Shown piece by piece: positions 35,159 to 44,660 of a DNA stretch of 64,000 nt. Made by a program: the position numbers and the translations under genes. How positions within the stretch are numbered: position 1 is the stretch's first letter; each line of letters begins with the position of its first letter. Below the pieces are notes generated by a model. That model saw only the letters and a list, made by a program, of their open reading frames with translations. It did no database searches and was not told where the DNA came from. The DNA comes from Klebsiella phage vB_KM5a1-KLB31: the sequence record PP582757.1, one strand, 5' to 3'.

Positions 35159-35851
35159 TTATGCAAATTCGTGAGTACTGCCTTCTTCCATTGCAATAAC
35201 ATAGGAAGCTTGAGAACCTTCGAACTTGGTTGCAAATTTCTTATCTTTTGCCCACAGCATAACACGATAGTCAGCTGGAATCATTCGCATATTAGACATG
35301 TTGATAATAAACTTGAATTGTTCAGGCGCATCATAATCGCCTACAACTAGAGAATAAATGGTACGAACCAGGTCTTTATCTTCCAGCTGGTTATGACCAT
35401 CGATAACGATTTTACCATCTTTAGAACGGAAGACCAAAGTATCGATCTGCATACCACGTGCTACACGCATCAGCTGTTGTAGGTCTTCACCTTTAAGGTC
35501 GAAAATAACATTCGCTACTGGGAATGGAATTTTCTTGGCTGGGAACACGATAGTACTCGGATCGGCTACTGGCCAATGAATTGTTGAACGCTGGTCACGA
35601 ATTACCAGAGTCGTTTCGTCTTCACTTACTGATACTTCGGCAGAATCAGAAACCAGACTCAGAATAGACAGGAAACCATTCAGGTCATAGATTGCCGCTT
35701 CGATATCAATTTCATCATTAACTTCGGCTTCACCATAACTTGCACCTGTTACAGAACGAGTTAGAATTGTATTACCAGGACGAAGCATAATACCAGAATA
35801 GATGCCGGAGAAGTTTTTCAGTACTGCAATGGTGTCTTTAGAGAATTTCAT
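35159..35851 (-). CDS. 45: sliding clamp, gene 45
   Basis: 230 aa; MKFSKDTIAVLKNFSGIYSGIML and FIINMSNMRM match recalled T4 gp45. Confidence 0.85.
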   Translation of the reverse strand: MKFSKDTIAVLKNFSGIYSGIMLRPGNTILTRSVTGASYGEAEVNDEIDIEAAIYDLNGFLSILSLVSDSAEVSVSEDETTLVIRDQRSTIHWPVADPSTIVFPAKKIPFPVANVIFDLKGEDLQQLMRVARGMQIDTLVFRSKDGKIVIDGHNQLEDKDLVRTIYSLVVGDYDAPEQFKFIINMSNMRMIPADYRVMLWAKDKKFATKFEGSQASYVIAMEEGSTHEFA

Positions 35852-35881
35852 TTAATTACCTTTTATTCAAATCAGATTTAA

Positions 35882-36313
35882 TTATACTACAGCTTCGATA
35901 ACAGCCATTTGTTTCTTGATTGCAGCAGGCAGAGATTCAATGAACTCTGGGATGCTTGCAGCAATGATTTCACCAGCTTCGAGCAGTTGGTCATCAGCAT
36001 CAACACAATATTCGTCTTCAAGACGATCGGCACCGACTGGGTCCATTACGAACTTAGCACCGGAATCTACACTGTCAGAAATGTGTTGGCGCATAATATC
36101 TAACCACTTTTCAGAAACTTCATCATCAATTGCTTCATAAAGCATGAACTTAGTTTCTTGTGGCAGAGATTTCAGACGAGTCGCAGATGTTTCATCACAA
36201 TGGAGAACCCATGAACGACGAATTTTATTTTGGTTGTTCGGATTAGAATCAGTACGAACATTTTTAGGCTGGATATCACGAGCAGTAAAACCAAGTGCAG
36301 ATACATATGACAT
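35882..36313 (-). CDS. hypothetical protein at the rpbA position
   Basis: 143 aa acidic protein between 45 and 46. Confidence 0.3.
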   Translation of the reverse strand: MSYVSALGFTARDIQPKNVRTDSNPNNQNKIRRSWVLHCDETSATRLKSLPQETKFMLYEAIDDEVSEKWLDIMRQHISDSVDSGAKFVMDPVGADRLEDEYCVDADDQLLEAGEIIAASIPEFIESLPAAIKKQMAVIEAVV

Positions 36314-36324
36314 ATTATTTCTCT

Positions 36325-36519
36325 CTAATCAAAATATTCATAAACGAACCAAGCAGGATGACGGTTCGACATTATTTTATCACACTCAGAAAGAAAAGCA
36401 TTTTTAAGCATTTCTTTAGTCACTAAGTGATTCGTCTCGTTATGTGTATTTGTCAACACATAACGTTTAACTTCAGGAAAGGCCAGCAGATGCTGACCTG
36501 TTGCAAATTCAATAGCCAT
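36325..36519 (-). CDS. hypothetical protein
   Basis: 64 aa ORF. Confidence 0.35.
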   Translation of the reverse strand: MAIEFATGQHLLAFPEVKRYVLTNTHNETNHLVTKEMLKNAFLSECDKIMSNRHPAWFVYEYFD

Positions 36520-38201
36520 TATTCCATTACCGTAAAGCGTCCGACCTTTTTCATCTGAAGATGTTGGCCGTATGCCTGTGGGTCATGGTCACGATGTGAA
36601 ATAATAAACACGTTTGAATCTTGTAGACTATTCAGTATTGTACCAATGGTTTTAACACCGTCGGTATCAGTTGCTGAATCGAATACTTCATCCAAAATCA
36701 GGGTGGAGATATTAATACCACTCACCTTAGAAGCAATATCACGCCAAGTAAATAACAAGGCGATATCTATACGTGCCTTTTCACCTTGACTAAAGCTGAA
36801 ATAGCTAAAGTCTTCACGACCACGAGATTTAATAGACTCGTTGAACTCTTCGTCTAAAGTGAAAACATAATCAGCTTCCATAATCTTTAAGTAGTGATTA
36901 ATCTGCTTATTGAAAATTGGAATGTACTTCTTAATGATTGCACCCTTGATGCCAGAGTCCTTTAACATTTCGGTCAAGATACCACGATGGTATTTTTCCA
37001 TGACCAGAGTTGTTTTCTCTTTCACAATTTTATCCAAGTCTGCTTGGAGCACTGCAATTTCATCGGCATGACTGATGAATTCAGCTGCGGCCTGTTCGAT
37101 TAAGACTTTAACCTTCTTGGCTTTTTCTACGGCTGTAATGGCTGTAGATTTATGACCCTGAATTTGTGTCTTAATATCACGAGCAACAGATTGTTGACGA
37201 TGAACTTCATCTTGAATTACTTTCAATTCACGACGTTGAGATTGTATCTCTTGAATGTTCGTTTGTAACGTATTAGCTTTATCTTTAATCTTAGAGACAA
37301 GATTACTGTGAGTATCTAATGCCTGCATACACGTAGGACAATCACCACCATGGTCGTACAGCCCAATAACCTTATTATAGGTTTGGAAACCATTTTGAAG
37401 TGCAGCTGCTTGTCGGTCTAAAGTGTCCAGGGCGTCGCTAGGGTCATCATCAATGATTACGGCAAGTAAATCATCAGTTAACTTTTCGATGTTCGCCTTG
37501 GCGGTCCTGGCTTCACCTACGAGGTCATCGTACATTGTTTGTAGACGAGCAGCGTTATCACCAGACAATTTCTTCTGACGTTCTTCGTTGTCATTGTAAA
37601 TCTTAATCTGTTGTGTGATACCGTCTTGTTTAACATCGATTACCTGAATCTGAGAATTCGTTTCACGAATCAATGATTTGTTCAGTTTGTCCATTTCAGC
37701 TAAGATTGATACTTCGAGCAAATCTTCGACGAGCTTACGTCTTGCGGGTGTGCTAAGACCCATGAACGGAGTATAGCCTGCCGTTCCGAGCACGACAATT
37801 TGTTTAAAGCTGGAATAGGACATTCCGATGAGTTGTTCGAATTGCTCTTGGAAGTCTTTAGCGCTTGCACTTTCATCAAGTGCTTTACCGTTGACGTGGA
37901 CTTCGAAGACATTTGGTTTCTGGCCTCGTTTAACATAATATTCTTTGCCATCAAATTCCATCCAGAGTTCGACCAAAAGGTCTTTCTTATTAGAACTGTT
38001 CAGCAATTGGCCTTTCTTGACATCACGGAATGGCTTACCAAATAAAGCAAAAGTTATTGCTTCAAGGAATGTTGATTTGCCTGCTCCATTTTTACCAGTG
38101 ACAAGAGTCTTTTGATGTTTGTCAAGAATAATAGTGATGGGCTGAGCGCCCACCGACATAATATTTTTATAGATGACTTTCTTTAGCTTAAACGTTTTCA
38201 T
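36519..38201 (-). CDS. 46: recombination endonuclease subunit (Rad50/SbcC-like ATPase), gene 46
   Basis: 560 aa; Walker A GKNGAGKSTFLEAITFALFG, coiled-coil with CPTC hook, signature FSQGEKARI, Walker B LILDEVFD. Confidence 0.85.
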   Translation of the reverse strand: MKTFKLKKVIYKNIMSVGAQPITIILDKHQKTLVTGKNGAGKSTFLEAITFALFGKPFRDVKKGQLLNSSNKKDLLVELWMEFDGKEYYVKRGQKPNVFEVHVNGKALDESASAKDFQEQFEQLIGMSYSSFKQIVVLGTAGYTPFMGLSTPARRKLVEDLLEVSILAEMDKLNKSLIRETNSQIQVIDVKQDGITQQIKIYNDNEERQKKLSGDNAARLQTMYDDLVGEARTAKANIEKLTDDLLAVIIDDDPSDALDTLDRQAAALQNGFQTYNKVIGLYDHGGDCPTCMQALDTHSNLVSKIKDKANTLQTNIQEIQSQRRELKVIQDEVHRQQSVARDIKTQIQGHKSTAITAVEKAKKVKVLIEQAAAEFISHADEIAVLQADLDKIVKEKTTLVMEKYHRGILTEMLKDSGIKGAIIKKYIPIFNKQINHYLKIMEADYVFTLDEEFNESIKSRGREDFSYFSFSQGEKARIDIALLFTWRDIASKVSGINISTLILDEVFDSATDTDGVKTIGTILNSLQDSNVFIISHRDHDPQAYGQHLQMKKVGRFTVME

Positions 38202-38433
38202 CTTCCCACTCGCTTTTAATTAACGTTTCAGCTAATTGTATCACAGAAGCATCGGTGTCATCTTTATATGCATTAAAACTGAACTCGTAGCCGACATCAG
38301 TAGAAATATAATATGAAACCACTTTGCCTGAATTATCCAGGCATTTTTCAATATCATATTTGATGTGGAAAGTTTGGTCGAAATTCTCAACGTAACAAGT
38401 ACCATGCAGCATATTGCTATTAGCAGAAATCAT
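38188..38433 (-). CDS. hypothetical protein
   Basis: 81 aa ORF between 46 and 47. Confidence 0.4.
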   Translation of the reverse strand: MISANSNMLHGTCYVENFDQTFHIKYDIEKCLDNSGKVVSYYISTDVGYEFSFNAYKDDTDASVIQLAETLIKSEWEDENV

Positions 38434-39449
38434 TTACTCACCTCAATATAAAGTTGTTTGGCTAAAGACTTCAATGACTTACGGTCTTCATCAGAATGAC
38501 CATCAGGCAGTGCATCGATATAATCTTCCATCAGGTCTAACAATGATTTAATATCAATTTCTTCATCTGCTTCGCCTTCAACAGAGTCATCAACCTTTGA
38601 GACTACACGTAATGAATGGACTACTTTTTCAAGTTCACTTTCGAACTTAGGTAATCCTTTATCGATTGACTCAACAATAACACGCACTGCCAGATTTTTA
38701 AACTCGTCGTATTTGATTGTTTCGTTGGGATAACTAATCTTACGGTGCCATGTTGTAGGATTTGGGACGAAGTCAAACGTTTCTTTTTGAGTGTCCTGAA
38801 CCCAGAATCCTCGAGGGTCATTTTCGTCGCCCGCTGTAAGCGTCCACGGTGTGCCAATGTATTTGACATTAGCTGCGCTAGAGATTGTGTGGAAATGGCC
38901 TGACCACACTTGTTTGTATTTTTTGAGGAAGTCTGGTTCGAGCCCATGAGATTTCATTCCTTTATAGAAGTAGAAGCCATTCAGCTCCCAGTGACCAATA
39001 CAATATTGAGCAGAGCTTGTCTTGATGTGTTCCATTATTTCGGTCGTGTTCTCATCACACATCCATGGAATCAGGTCAATCAAAGTACCGTCAAAGTCAA
39101 ATGATACAGGCTTTTCAATCACAGTGATATGAGCATATTTACCAAGAACTTCTGTTGCCGCATTAGGAGTCAGAGTATTCTTGTAATGCATATCATGGTT
39201 GCCAACAATCGTAATCAGATGAATACCAGCTTCTTCAAGCTCATTAGCAATCTGACGAGCAAATTCCATGCACTTATGGGTAATTGCTTTACGTACGTCG
39301 AAGATATCACCATATTGAATAATGGTTTTGATGTTATGCTTTTTAGCATAAGCGATGTGGTCTCTGATACCCTTTAATTGGATTTCTTGGACCCACGGGT
39401 CATCGGCCTTAACACCTAAGTGCCAGTCGCCAGAATGGATAATTTTCAT
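38430..39449 (-). CDS. 47: recombination endonuclease subunit (Mre11/SbcD-like phosphoesterase), gene 47
   Basis: 339 aa; MKIIHSGDWHLG, GDIFD, GNHD calcineurin-like phosphoesterase motifs. Confidence 0.85.
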   Translation of the reverse strand: MKIIHSGDWHLGVKADDPWVQEIQLKGIRDHIAYAKKHNIKTIIQYGDIFDVRKAITHKCMEFARQIANELEEAGIHLITIVGNHDMHYKNTLTPNAATEVLGKYAHITVIEKPVSFDFDGTLIDLIPWMCDENTTEIMEHIKTSSAQYCIGHWELNGFYFYKGMKSHGLEPDFLKKYKQVWSGHFHTISSAANVKYIGTPWTLTAGDENDPRGFWVQDTQKETFDFVPNPTTWHRKISYPNETIKYDEFKNLAVRVIVESIDKGLPKFESELEKVVHSLRVVSKVDDSVEGEADEEIDIKSLLDLMEDYIDALPDGHSDEDRKSLKSLAKQLYIEVSK

Positions 39450-39466
39450 TTGTTCACCTCTAAGGA

Positions 39467-39496
39467 CATTATATTCTCCCGATTTAATAGCAGAAA
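39467..39496 (-). promoter_or_regulatory. candidate MotA-box middle promoter for gene 47 (TCTGCTATTA, 11 nt spacer, TATAAT)
   Basis: Minus strand TTTTCTGCTATTAAATCGGGAGAATATAATGTCC immediately after terminator. Confidence 0.4.
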
Positions 39497-39497
39497 A

Positions 39498-39511
39498 GGG
39501 ACCGAAGTCCC
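39498..39511 (-). terminator. UUCG-tetraloop terminator (GGGAC-UUCG-GUCCC plus UUUUCUGC) abutting the stop of a 45-aa ORF
   Basis: Plus gggaccgaagtccc. Confidence 0.5.
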
Positions 39512-39649
39512 TTAAATTTTCTTGTACGTGATAGTGCCTTCAGCTTTAGCCTTTTCATACGACTCTTTGAATCGTCTCATTGCTTCAACCTTACCGGCAC
39601 GAATCTTTTCGTAATCAGGCTTAGAGGTCTGGTCTTTCATCAAAGACAT
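39512..39649 (-). CDS. small ORF (45 aa), Lys/Glu-rich
   Basis: MSLMKDQTSKPDYEKIRAGKVEAMRRFKESYEKAKAEGTITYKKI; below track threshold. Confidence 0.3.
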   Translation of the reverse strand: MSLMKDQTSKPDYEKIRAGKVEAMRRFKESYEKAKAEGTITYKKI

Positions 39650-39842
39650 CCACATCTTCGGCAAGTCTTACCATTGATACCACCTTTTAACCATAATTGT
39701 ATCGGCCCATACGACTTCTTTAGGATTGGCTTCAATAGCCTTACCTGTGTCGCCTAGAACACGATAGTGGGTTTCGGATAACTTGACAGCCATAACACCA
39801 TTAGCAACAGATAAAGTGAACCCTGCGTTAACCTTGAGACGC

Positions 39843-40163
39843 TTAAACGGTTTTTGTACCAGCATTGATAATATTCCAAATTTGTTGACGTGTCGAAGCC
39901 CACATAGAAGCAATGAGTACGTCGTTATAAGGCTGACGATAAATTGTACGCAGTTTTTCAATAGCATACTTATATGCGTCGTAGTTATTTTCTAGAACAG
40001 CACCTTGGGCGTGTTCATTCAAACGTTTGATTTCACGTTTGTGCTTTTTAAGAATAGCATTAGCCTGTTCTGTCGCAGTTTTGGCATTGGCTTCTTCTAA
40101 ACGTTTCTGAGCTTCTTCGATCTGTTCATCAGTTAGTTCAGACAGGCTGTCAATATCTTTCAT
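39843..40163 (-). CDS. hypothetical coiled-coil protein
   Basis: 106 aa; overlaps a less convincing ORF at 39668..39967. Confidence 0.4.
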   Translation of the reverse strand: MKDIDSLSELTDEQIEEAQKRLEEANAKTATEQANAILKKHKREIKRLNEHAQGAVLENNYDAYKYAIEKLRTIYRQPYNDVLIASMWASTRQQIWNIINAGTKTV

Positions 40164-40164
40164 T

Positions 40165-40413
40165 TTAATCCTTTGGAGTTAGTTCAAGTGTGATATAGAA
40201 ATTATCATCAGTTACATGATAGCGATATTCTATATCATTATCATCGCTGGTCAAGTGAACTTCACCAGGATTCATAGGGTCTATTTTTATCGGCAACTTC
40301 TCAACATCCCGTAAATACATCTTAAGCAAATACGGTACTGCAGTGATGTCGCCGACTTCTTCAAGGAACCCAGCGAGGTTAATTGTTAGCCTCATATAAA
40401 AAATCCAATCCAC
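40165..40413 (-). CDS. hypothetical protein
   Basis: 82 aa ORF. Confidence 0.4.
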   Translation of the reverse strand: MDWIFYMRLTINLAGFLEEVGDITAVPYLLKMYLRDVEKLPIKIDPMNPGEVHLTSDDNDIEYRYHVTDDNFYITLELTPKD

Positions 40414-40951
40414 CTTCTTTAGGTTCGTCGCTCTTATCAGACCCTGGCGGCTTAATTAAAGAAGTTTCATACTGTGTCATTTTATCGTAGATGTCTTGGA
40501 TGAATGTTTCATCAGCCAATGCTACGATATCATCGTCACGACTGTCATAGACGTTGTGAACGAAATAACTGTACTTTTTAGCCATTTCTTTACGTTCTTT
40601 TTTGATACGCTGAACGAAGGCATTAAAGCAAGCTGTAGTTATATACGCATGAGGATTATCATACTTCGTTTCGTCAAAGTTATGAAGGCCTTTAATTGCG
40701 GCTTCAATACCGTCTGCGATCATTTCATCTTTCCAGGACTGGGTATATCCTGAGAAGTTAAAACGTTTTGACAGACCTTCGGCGATTAGCATAATAGCAA
40801 GACCAATCACATCATTCTGACGAACGATTTTATTTGGGTCTGTATTCGCATTGAGCTCTTGTTTCCATTTAGAAATGGCTTTCAAAAGCTCCTTATTATT
40901 TACATAATTGTTCTTGGTACGTTTGACTTCCATAGCAGCCTCTTTACTCAA
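40379..40951 (-). CDS. 55: late-transcription sigma factor, gene 55
   Basis: 190 aa; [61 protein letters not shown] are near-identical to recalled T4 gp55. Confidence 0.85.
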   Translation of the reverse strand: MSKEAAMEVKRTKNNYVNNKELLKAISKWKQELNANTDPNKIVRQNDVIGLAIMLIAEGLSKRFNFSGYTQSWKDEMIADGIEAAIKGLHNFDETKYDNPHAYITTACFNAFVQRIKKERKEMAKKYSYFVHNVYDSRDDDIVALADETFIQDIYDKMTQYETSLIKPPGSDKSDEPKEGGLDFLYEANN

Positions 40952-40998
40952 TTCATAGGTCCATTATATCATAGGTTGAGGGACCCGAATTTAAAGCA

Positions 40999-41271
40999 TC
41001 AAAAAGCGTTAGGACATGTCTCGTTCCAATGCTGTCGAACAATACCAGCAAAACGGTTAAATTCAATCGGATTCAACATAGGACGATTATTAACCTTTGT
41101 TGCATGATGAATAGCACCTAAAAACATCGTCTGGTTGATAACCAGGTCACGAAGATGGCTTTCAAAAAGCTCTCCAGCAGAGTCATCAATATAATGAATA
41201 GTATTATCTTTGCTTAGGATAAGCATACCATCTAAAGTAAGAAAACGATAAGGTATTTTAAGATTAATCAT
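40999..41271 (-). CDS. hypothetical protein (55.x-type small ORF)
   Basis: 90 aa. Confidence 0.4.
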   Translation of the reverse strand: MINLKIPYRFLTLDGMLILSKDNTIHYIDDSAGELFESHLRDLVINQTMFLGAIHHATKVNNRPMLNPIEFNRFAGIVRQHWNETCPNAF

Positions 41272-41543
41272 GGTAACTTTCTCAGAATCTGATACATTTC
41301 GAACAGTCGTTCACAAATGTTCAGGAATTCTTTGTAACTGAACGGTGCTTCAGTGAAGCCAATTTCTTTAACGTATTCGGTGAGTTCACGATAAAGACGT
41401 TCATAATGGCTATGATTCAGTTCAGACACATGCCACTGGTAGCTGTCATCAGCTTCTTCGTATGGGATAAAATAAATTCCCATATAGCTGTCAACAACAA
41501 ACTGAACGGTTCCCACGTCAAGAGCTAATTGATTGCGATTCAT
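41268..41543 (-). CDS. hypothetical protein
   Basis: 91 aa. Confidence 0.4.
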   Translation of the reverse strand: MNRNQLALDVGTVQFVVDSYMGIYFIPYEEADDSYQWHVSELNHSHYERLYRELTEYVKEIGFTEAPFSYKEFLNICERLFEMYQILRKLP

Positions 41544-41761
41544 TCTAGAACATCCTTAATATAATCTACAGCATTATACACTGAAGTAAAGGCATCTAAG
41601 AACTCATATGAATTCTCACGAATGATATACAGATGCCATTGTTCGAAGTCTTCTTCAATGACGTATTTGTCATTCTCTACAAACGTTTGGCCTTCTTTAT
41701 TAGAGACTAGATAACCTAATAGGCGAAGGTTAGCGATATCATCAGGAAATAATTTAGTCAT
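41540..41761 (-). CDS. hypothetical protein
   Basis: 73 aa. Confidence 0.4.
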   Translation of the reverse strand: MTKLFPDDIANLRLLGYLVSNKEGQTFVENDKYVIEEDFEQWHLYIIRENSYEFLDAFTSVYNAVDYIKDVLE

Positions 41762-42017
41762 TCAGATATTCCTCAAATTCTTTTAAAGTCATGCCTTCGT
41801 TCCAGGCTGTAGAAGTGTTAACCTTAGTGTATTTTGTTTTAGAACTAATAGGATAAATTCTAAATTTACGATTAGTTTCTCTGAACGCAATGCACGCCTT
41901 GGCAATAGCATAACCTTGAGTCATTTTACGAGTTCGACACAACTTATTGTTGTATTCAACATAAGTCATTATAACTGAAACACCTTCAGGCAAATTAAGC
42001 ATCAAGATATTCCTCAA
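41754..42017 (-). CDS. hypothetical protein, tandem paralog A
   Basis: 87 aa; C-terminus EGMTLKEFEEYLND parallels GEMWNEALTVAELEEYLDA of the next ORF. Confidence 0.4.
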   Translation of the reverse strand: MRNILMLNLPEGVSVIMTYVEYNNKLCRTRKMTQGYAIAKACIAFRETNRKFRIYPISSKTKYTKVNTSTAWNEGMTLKEFEEYLND

Positions 42018-42276
42018 GTTCGGCCACGGTTAATGCTTCATTCCACATTTCGCCTTTTAAAGGTTCGCTCCAAGCATATTTGTTTTCAGAGCCACCTAAA
42101 GGACGTGGGAATATTCTGCAGTTCTCAAGAGCTCCGGTACTGTGAAAATGTTGAAGCTCTATGATGCCGATATAAGAATGGACCACGGTCACTCTGGCGT
42201 GCCAGAAATCAAGTCGTTCCATTTTGAGTACGACGAATCGTACTCCTTTAGGACATCCAGCAATGTTTAGACTCAT
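41995..42276 (-). CDS. hypothetical protein, tandem paralog B
   Basis: 93 aa; shared C-terminal (L/V)xEfEEYLxx motif. Confidence 0.4.
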   Translation of the reverse strand: MSLNIAGCPKGVRFVVLKMERLDFWHARVTVVHSYIGIIELQHFHSTGALENCRIFPRPLGGSENKYAWSEPLKGEMWNEALTVAELEEYLDA

Positions 42277-42605
42277 GATGCAGCCTTAACAATCTTGAGG
42301 TCACGGAAACCTTTCTTACGCTGGTTCTTCATCTTACGAATGGTCTTATCAGAAATCTGATTCTTGTCTGGGTCATAGGTGCCCACACCAAATGCAGGAG
42401 TACTGAACTCTGACAGAATATAACCGACAACCAATTCACGAATACGGGCCTTACCGATCTTCTGATCGTTTTCTTTCATGGTACCGTGCAGGTCTTGTTC
42501 CCACTTGTCGAGGATTTCCGGAGTAACATAGCCACCAGATTTCATGATGCTAACAACTTTGTCATAAGCGAAAGAATTCAGAACGTTTTTAATAGCTTGA
42601 GACAT
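42273..42605 (-). CDS. hypothetical basic protein
   Basis: 110 aa. Confidence 0.4.
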   Translation of the reverse strand: MSQAIKNVLNSFAYDKVVSIMKSGGYVTPEILDKWEQDLHGTMKENDQKIGKARIRELVVGYILSEFSTPAFGVGTYDPDKNQISDKTIRKMKNQRKKGFRDLKIVKAAS

Positions 42606-42643
42606 AGCAATTTCCTCAGTAAATTAATATTTTGTTATCCAAG

Positions 42644-42678
42644 GAGGACATTATACCCTGTCCTCACGGGTTTAGAAC
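42644..42678 (-). promoter_or_regulatory. early-promoter variant E13 (GTTCTA-17-TATAAT) with -10 box in the loop of inverted repeat GAGGACA...TGTCCTC
   Basis: Minus strand GTTCTA AACCCGTGAGGACAGGG TATAAT GTCCTCC. Confidence 0.4.
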
Positions 42679-42932
42679 ACTTGAAGATGTTGATTAATCA
42701 ACCAGCCCATGTGGTCTGCTTCGCTTTCAGTCATTTTAACACCGATTTCTTTAAAGCGTCTTTGAAGATCATATGTGGTACCACGACGAATCAGAGCTAC
42801 TTTAGGTCCATAAGCAAGCTCGACAATAATGCCGGTTTGGTGTGCTGTAGGCCAAATGGTAACAAAGACTACTTTTTGGTCGTCTACAATCAGGCGAATG
42901 ATATTCTTGACTTCAGATATTTTTATAGCCAT
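42672..42932 (-). CDS. hypothetical protein
   Basis: 86 aa. Confidence 0.4.
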   Translation of the reverse strand: MAIKISEVKNIIRLIVDDQKVVFVTIWPTAHQTGIIVELAYGPKVALIRRGTTYDLQRRFKEIGVKMTESEADHMGWLINQHLQVF

Positions 42933-43186
42933 TAGATGAGCCCCAGTACAAGTACAGAAACATTATCTGCTTCATAATCGTAGATATCAGAGATTAAAGC
43001 ATGAACAGCATTATTTACAAGAGAAGTCTTTTGTTTAGCCATCAGACAATTCACTTCGGTCATCATTCCGCGAGCACGAAAGATAATTTCAGAACCACGA
43101 ACTTCAATGGTCATGTTAGTCGGGTAAGAACTAGTTGATACACGTACTTCGGCAATAATGTGACGTTGAACTTCGAGAGTAATCAT
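42932..43186 (-). CDS. hypothetical protein (start at MITLEV after the GGAGG in promoter element E6)
   Basis: Track ORF begins at a GTG inside the promoter; ATG with GGAGG SD at 43186 is preferred. Confidence 0.4.
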   Translation of the reverse strand: MITLEVQRHIIAEVRVSTSSYPTNMTIEVRGSEIIFRARGMMTEVNCLMAKQKTSLVNNAVHALISDIYDYEADNVSVLVLGLI

Positions 43187-43195
43187 GTGAACCTC

Positions 43196-43244
43196 CATTT
43201 GTTTGTGTAGGAACATACTATCACGAACAAATGGAGTTGTAAAC
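43196..43244 (-). promoter_or_regulatory. early promoter E6 (GTTTAC-17-TAGTAT) inside inverted repeat CCATTTGTT...AACAAATGG whose 3-prime arm runs into the SD
   Basis: Minus strand GTTTAC AACTCCATTTGTTCGTG ATAGTAT GTTCCTACACAAACAAATGGAGGTTCACATG. Confidence 0.55.
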
Positions 43245-43246
43245 AC

Positions 43247-43588
43247 CTAATCTTCTATGATGTCAGGGTCAAAGCCCTTGTCGAGGAGGAACTGCTTGAG
43301 GAAGCGGATGTTATGGATGAGTTTGTCATCGATAAAGATAACAGGATAGCGTATAGAGAGGCTAGGGAAACCTGCACGCTTGGCTAATGAAACTATAAGA
43401 GGTCTGTCATAAGTGAACCCTACGCCGTCAGGAGATGGCGAGAGCACTTCTTTGAATTCATACGGAAGCGACAGGTTTTCCAGAAGTTTACGAACAAAAA
43501 TACAGCCAGCACAATGGCTGACTGTATCAGGAATTCCGTAGACTTCAATCTTTAATGATTGGTTTTCCACGTGTGATACCACCTTCAT
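43247..43588 (-). CDS. thioredoxin-fold CxxC protein (glutaredoxin-like, NrdH position)
   Basis: KIEVYGIPDTVSHCAGCIFVRKLLE; start set at internal Met because the longer ORF overlaps 43545..43853. Confidence 0.4.
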   Translation of the reverse strand: MKVVSHVENQSLKIEVYGIPDTVSHCAGCIFVRKLLENLSLPYEFKEVLSPSPDGVGFTYDRPLIVSLAKRAGFPSLSIRYPVIFIDDKLIHNIRFLKQFLLDKGFDPDIIED

Positions 43589-43853
43589 AGGACCATGAAC
43601 CAAGTTCTTGATATTCGCCGTCTTCAGATTCTCTCCAGAGACTGATTTCAATCAGGAAACCTGTATCAGCAAATTGGAAATAGACGGATGGTTGTACACC
43701 AAATGTAGAACTCATTTCATTGATTCGAGCCAAAGTTTCTTCTTCGCCGACAAAGAAATCAGGGTTCAGCGTACAGCCACCAAACTGGTAGCCGTCGCCA
43801 AGGTCGTCCCATTCTTTCCAGTCAACAACTACAAATTCTTCGAAACGTTTCAT
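43545..43853 (-). CDS. hypothetical acidic protein
   Basis: 102 aa; overlaps the downstream CxxC gene by about 44 nt in another frame. Confidence 0.3.
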   Translation of the reverse strand: MKRFEEFVVVDWKEWDDLGDGYQFGGCTLNPDFFVGEEETLARINEMSSTFGVQPSVYFQFADTGFLIEISLWRESEDGEYQELGSWSYEGGITRGKPIIKD

Positions 43854-44065
43854 TTTGAAGCCTTTTTAAGTTCTTCAGCTTTAGCTTCAACTTTGGCAAT
43901 AGCCTTGTCAATTGAAGCTTTAAAATCGAATTTCTGACCATCGACTTTAGGGTCAATATAATGAATCAGTGCGGCAAAGATAACAACCGGAATCATGGCA
44001 GTCAGAGCATAAGCCATCAGGATAACGAACAGAACTACAACCAGATATTTACGAAACTGAATCAT
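43850..44065 (-). CDS. small membrane protein (start at MIQFRKYL)
   Basis: Hydrophobic helix LVVVLFVILMAYALTAMIPVVIFAALI. Confidence 0.35.
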   Translation of the reverse strand: MIQFRKYLVVVLFVILMAYALTAMIPVVIFAALIHYIDPKVDGQKFDFKASIDKAIAKVEAKAEELKKASK

Positions 44066-44186
44066 TTTATTCCTTACATATTTGCGATAATAGACAGAAC
44101 AGGAGAAACTACACCCATATACCATTGAGACCAGAATTCAGGGCCAAATTTTTCGGTAAAGGTATTAAACTCTACAATTAAATCGG

Positions 44187-44660
44187 TCATTTTAACGATT
44201 TCCTCAGTTGTTTTTTAAACGATGCTACCATCTTAGGTTTAGTATCGCTTTCGATATAAGTGAAGCCATGTTGTTTGAACATCGCTATCATATCATCTTT
44301 ATTACCACGAGCGAACTCTTTTGCTTTATCAGTCACAAAACTCGGGTGGATATTATTTTCACTATAATCATCTTTCAGATAGGTCAGCAAACTCTCAAGC
44401 CATTCGAGGTAGTCGATGTTTTGACCTTTTAAACCAGAGCGGTTGAACTTATGCTTCATTTGGCCTTCTGCGGCATTGCACAGATTACATAGCAACCCAC
44501 GAACCTTACCAGCTTTTGGCCCGCTTAATTCATGGTCGTGGTCAAGGTGATTCGCTTGAACATCGGTAGAAAGCTCTCGCTTACAGAGCAGACATTTACC
44601 ATGCTGTGCATCATAAAATTTTTGTTTTTGTTCTTTGTATAGTTTACCAGTCAATAACAT
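44187..44660 (-). CDS. 49: endonuclease VII (Holliday junction resolvase), gene 49
   Basis: 157 aa; MLLTGKLYKE.QKQKFYDAQ.GKCL.C.REL, HLDHDHEL.GPKAGKVRGLLCNLCNAAEG near-identical to recalled T4 gp49. Confidence 0.9.
   Translation of the reverse strand: MLLTGKLYKEQKQKFYDAQHGKCLLCKRELSTDVQANHLDHDHELSGPKAGKVRGLLCNLCNAAEGQMKHKFNRSGLKGQNIDYLEWLESLLTYLKDDYSENNIHPSFVTDKAKEFARGNKDDMIAMFKQHGFTYIESDTKPKMVASFKKQLRKSLK

Noticed and set aside
39668-39967. 99-aa ORF overlapping 39843..40163
   Set aside because: Hydrophobic low-complexity N-terminus from an alternative frame of a better ORF; only the last 41 codons are overlap-free. Left unannotated.
42486-42935. Plus-strand 149-aa ORF
   Set aside because: Spans two minus-strand genes and a promoter element; no SD; composition typical of antisense frames.
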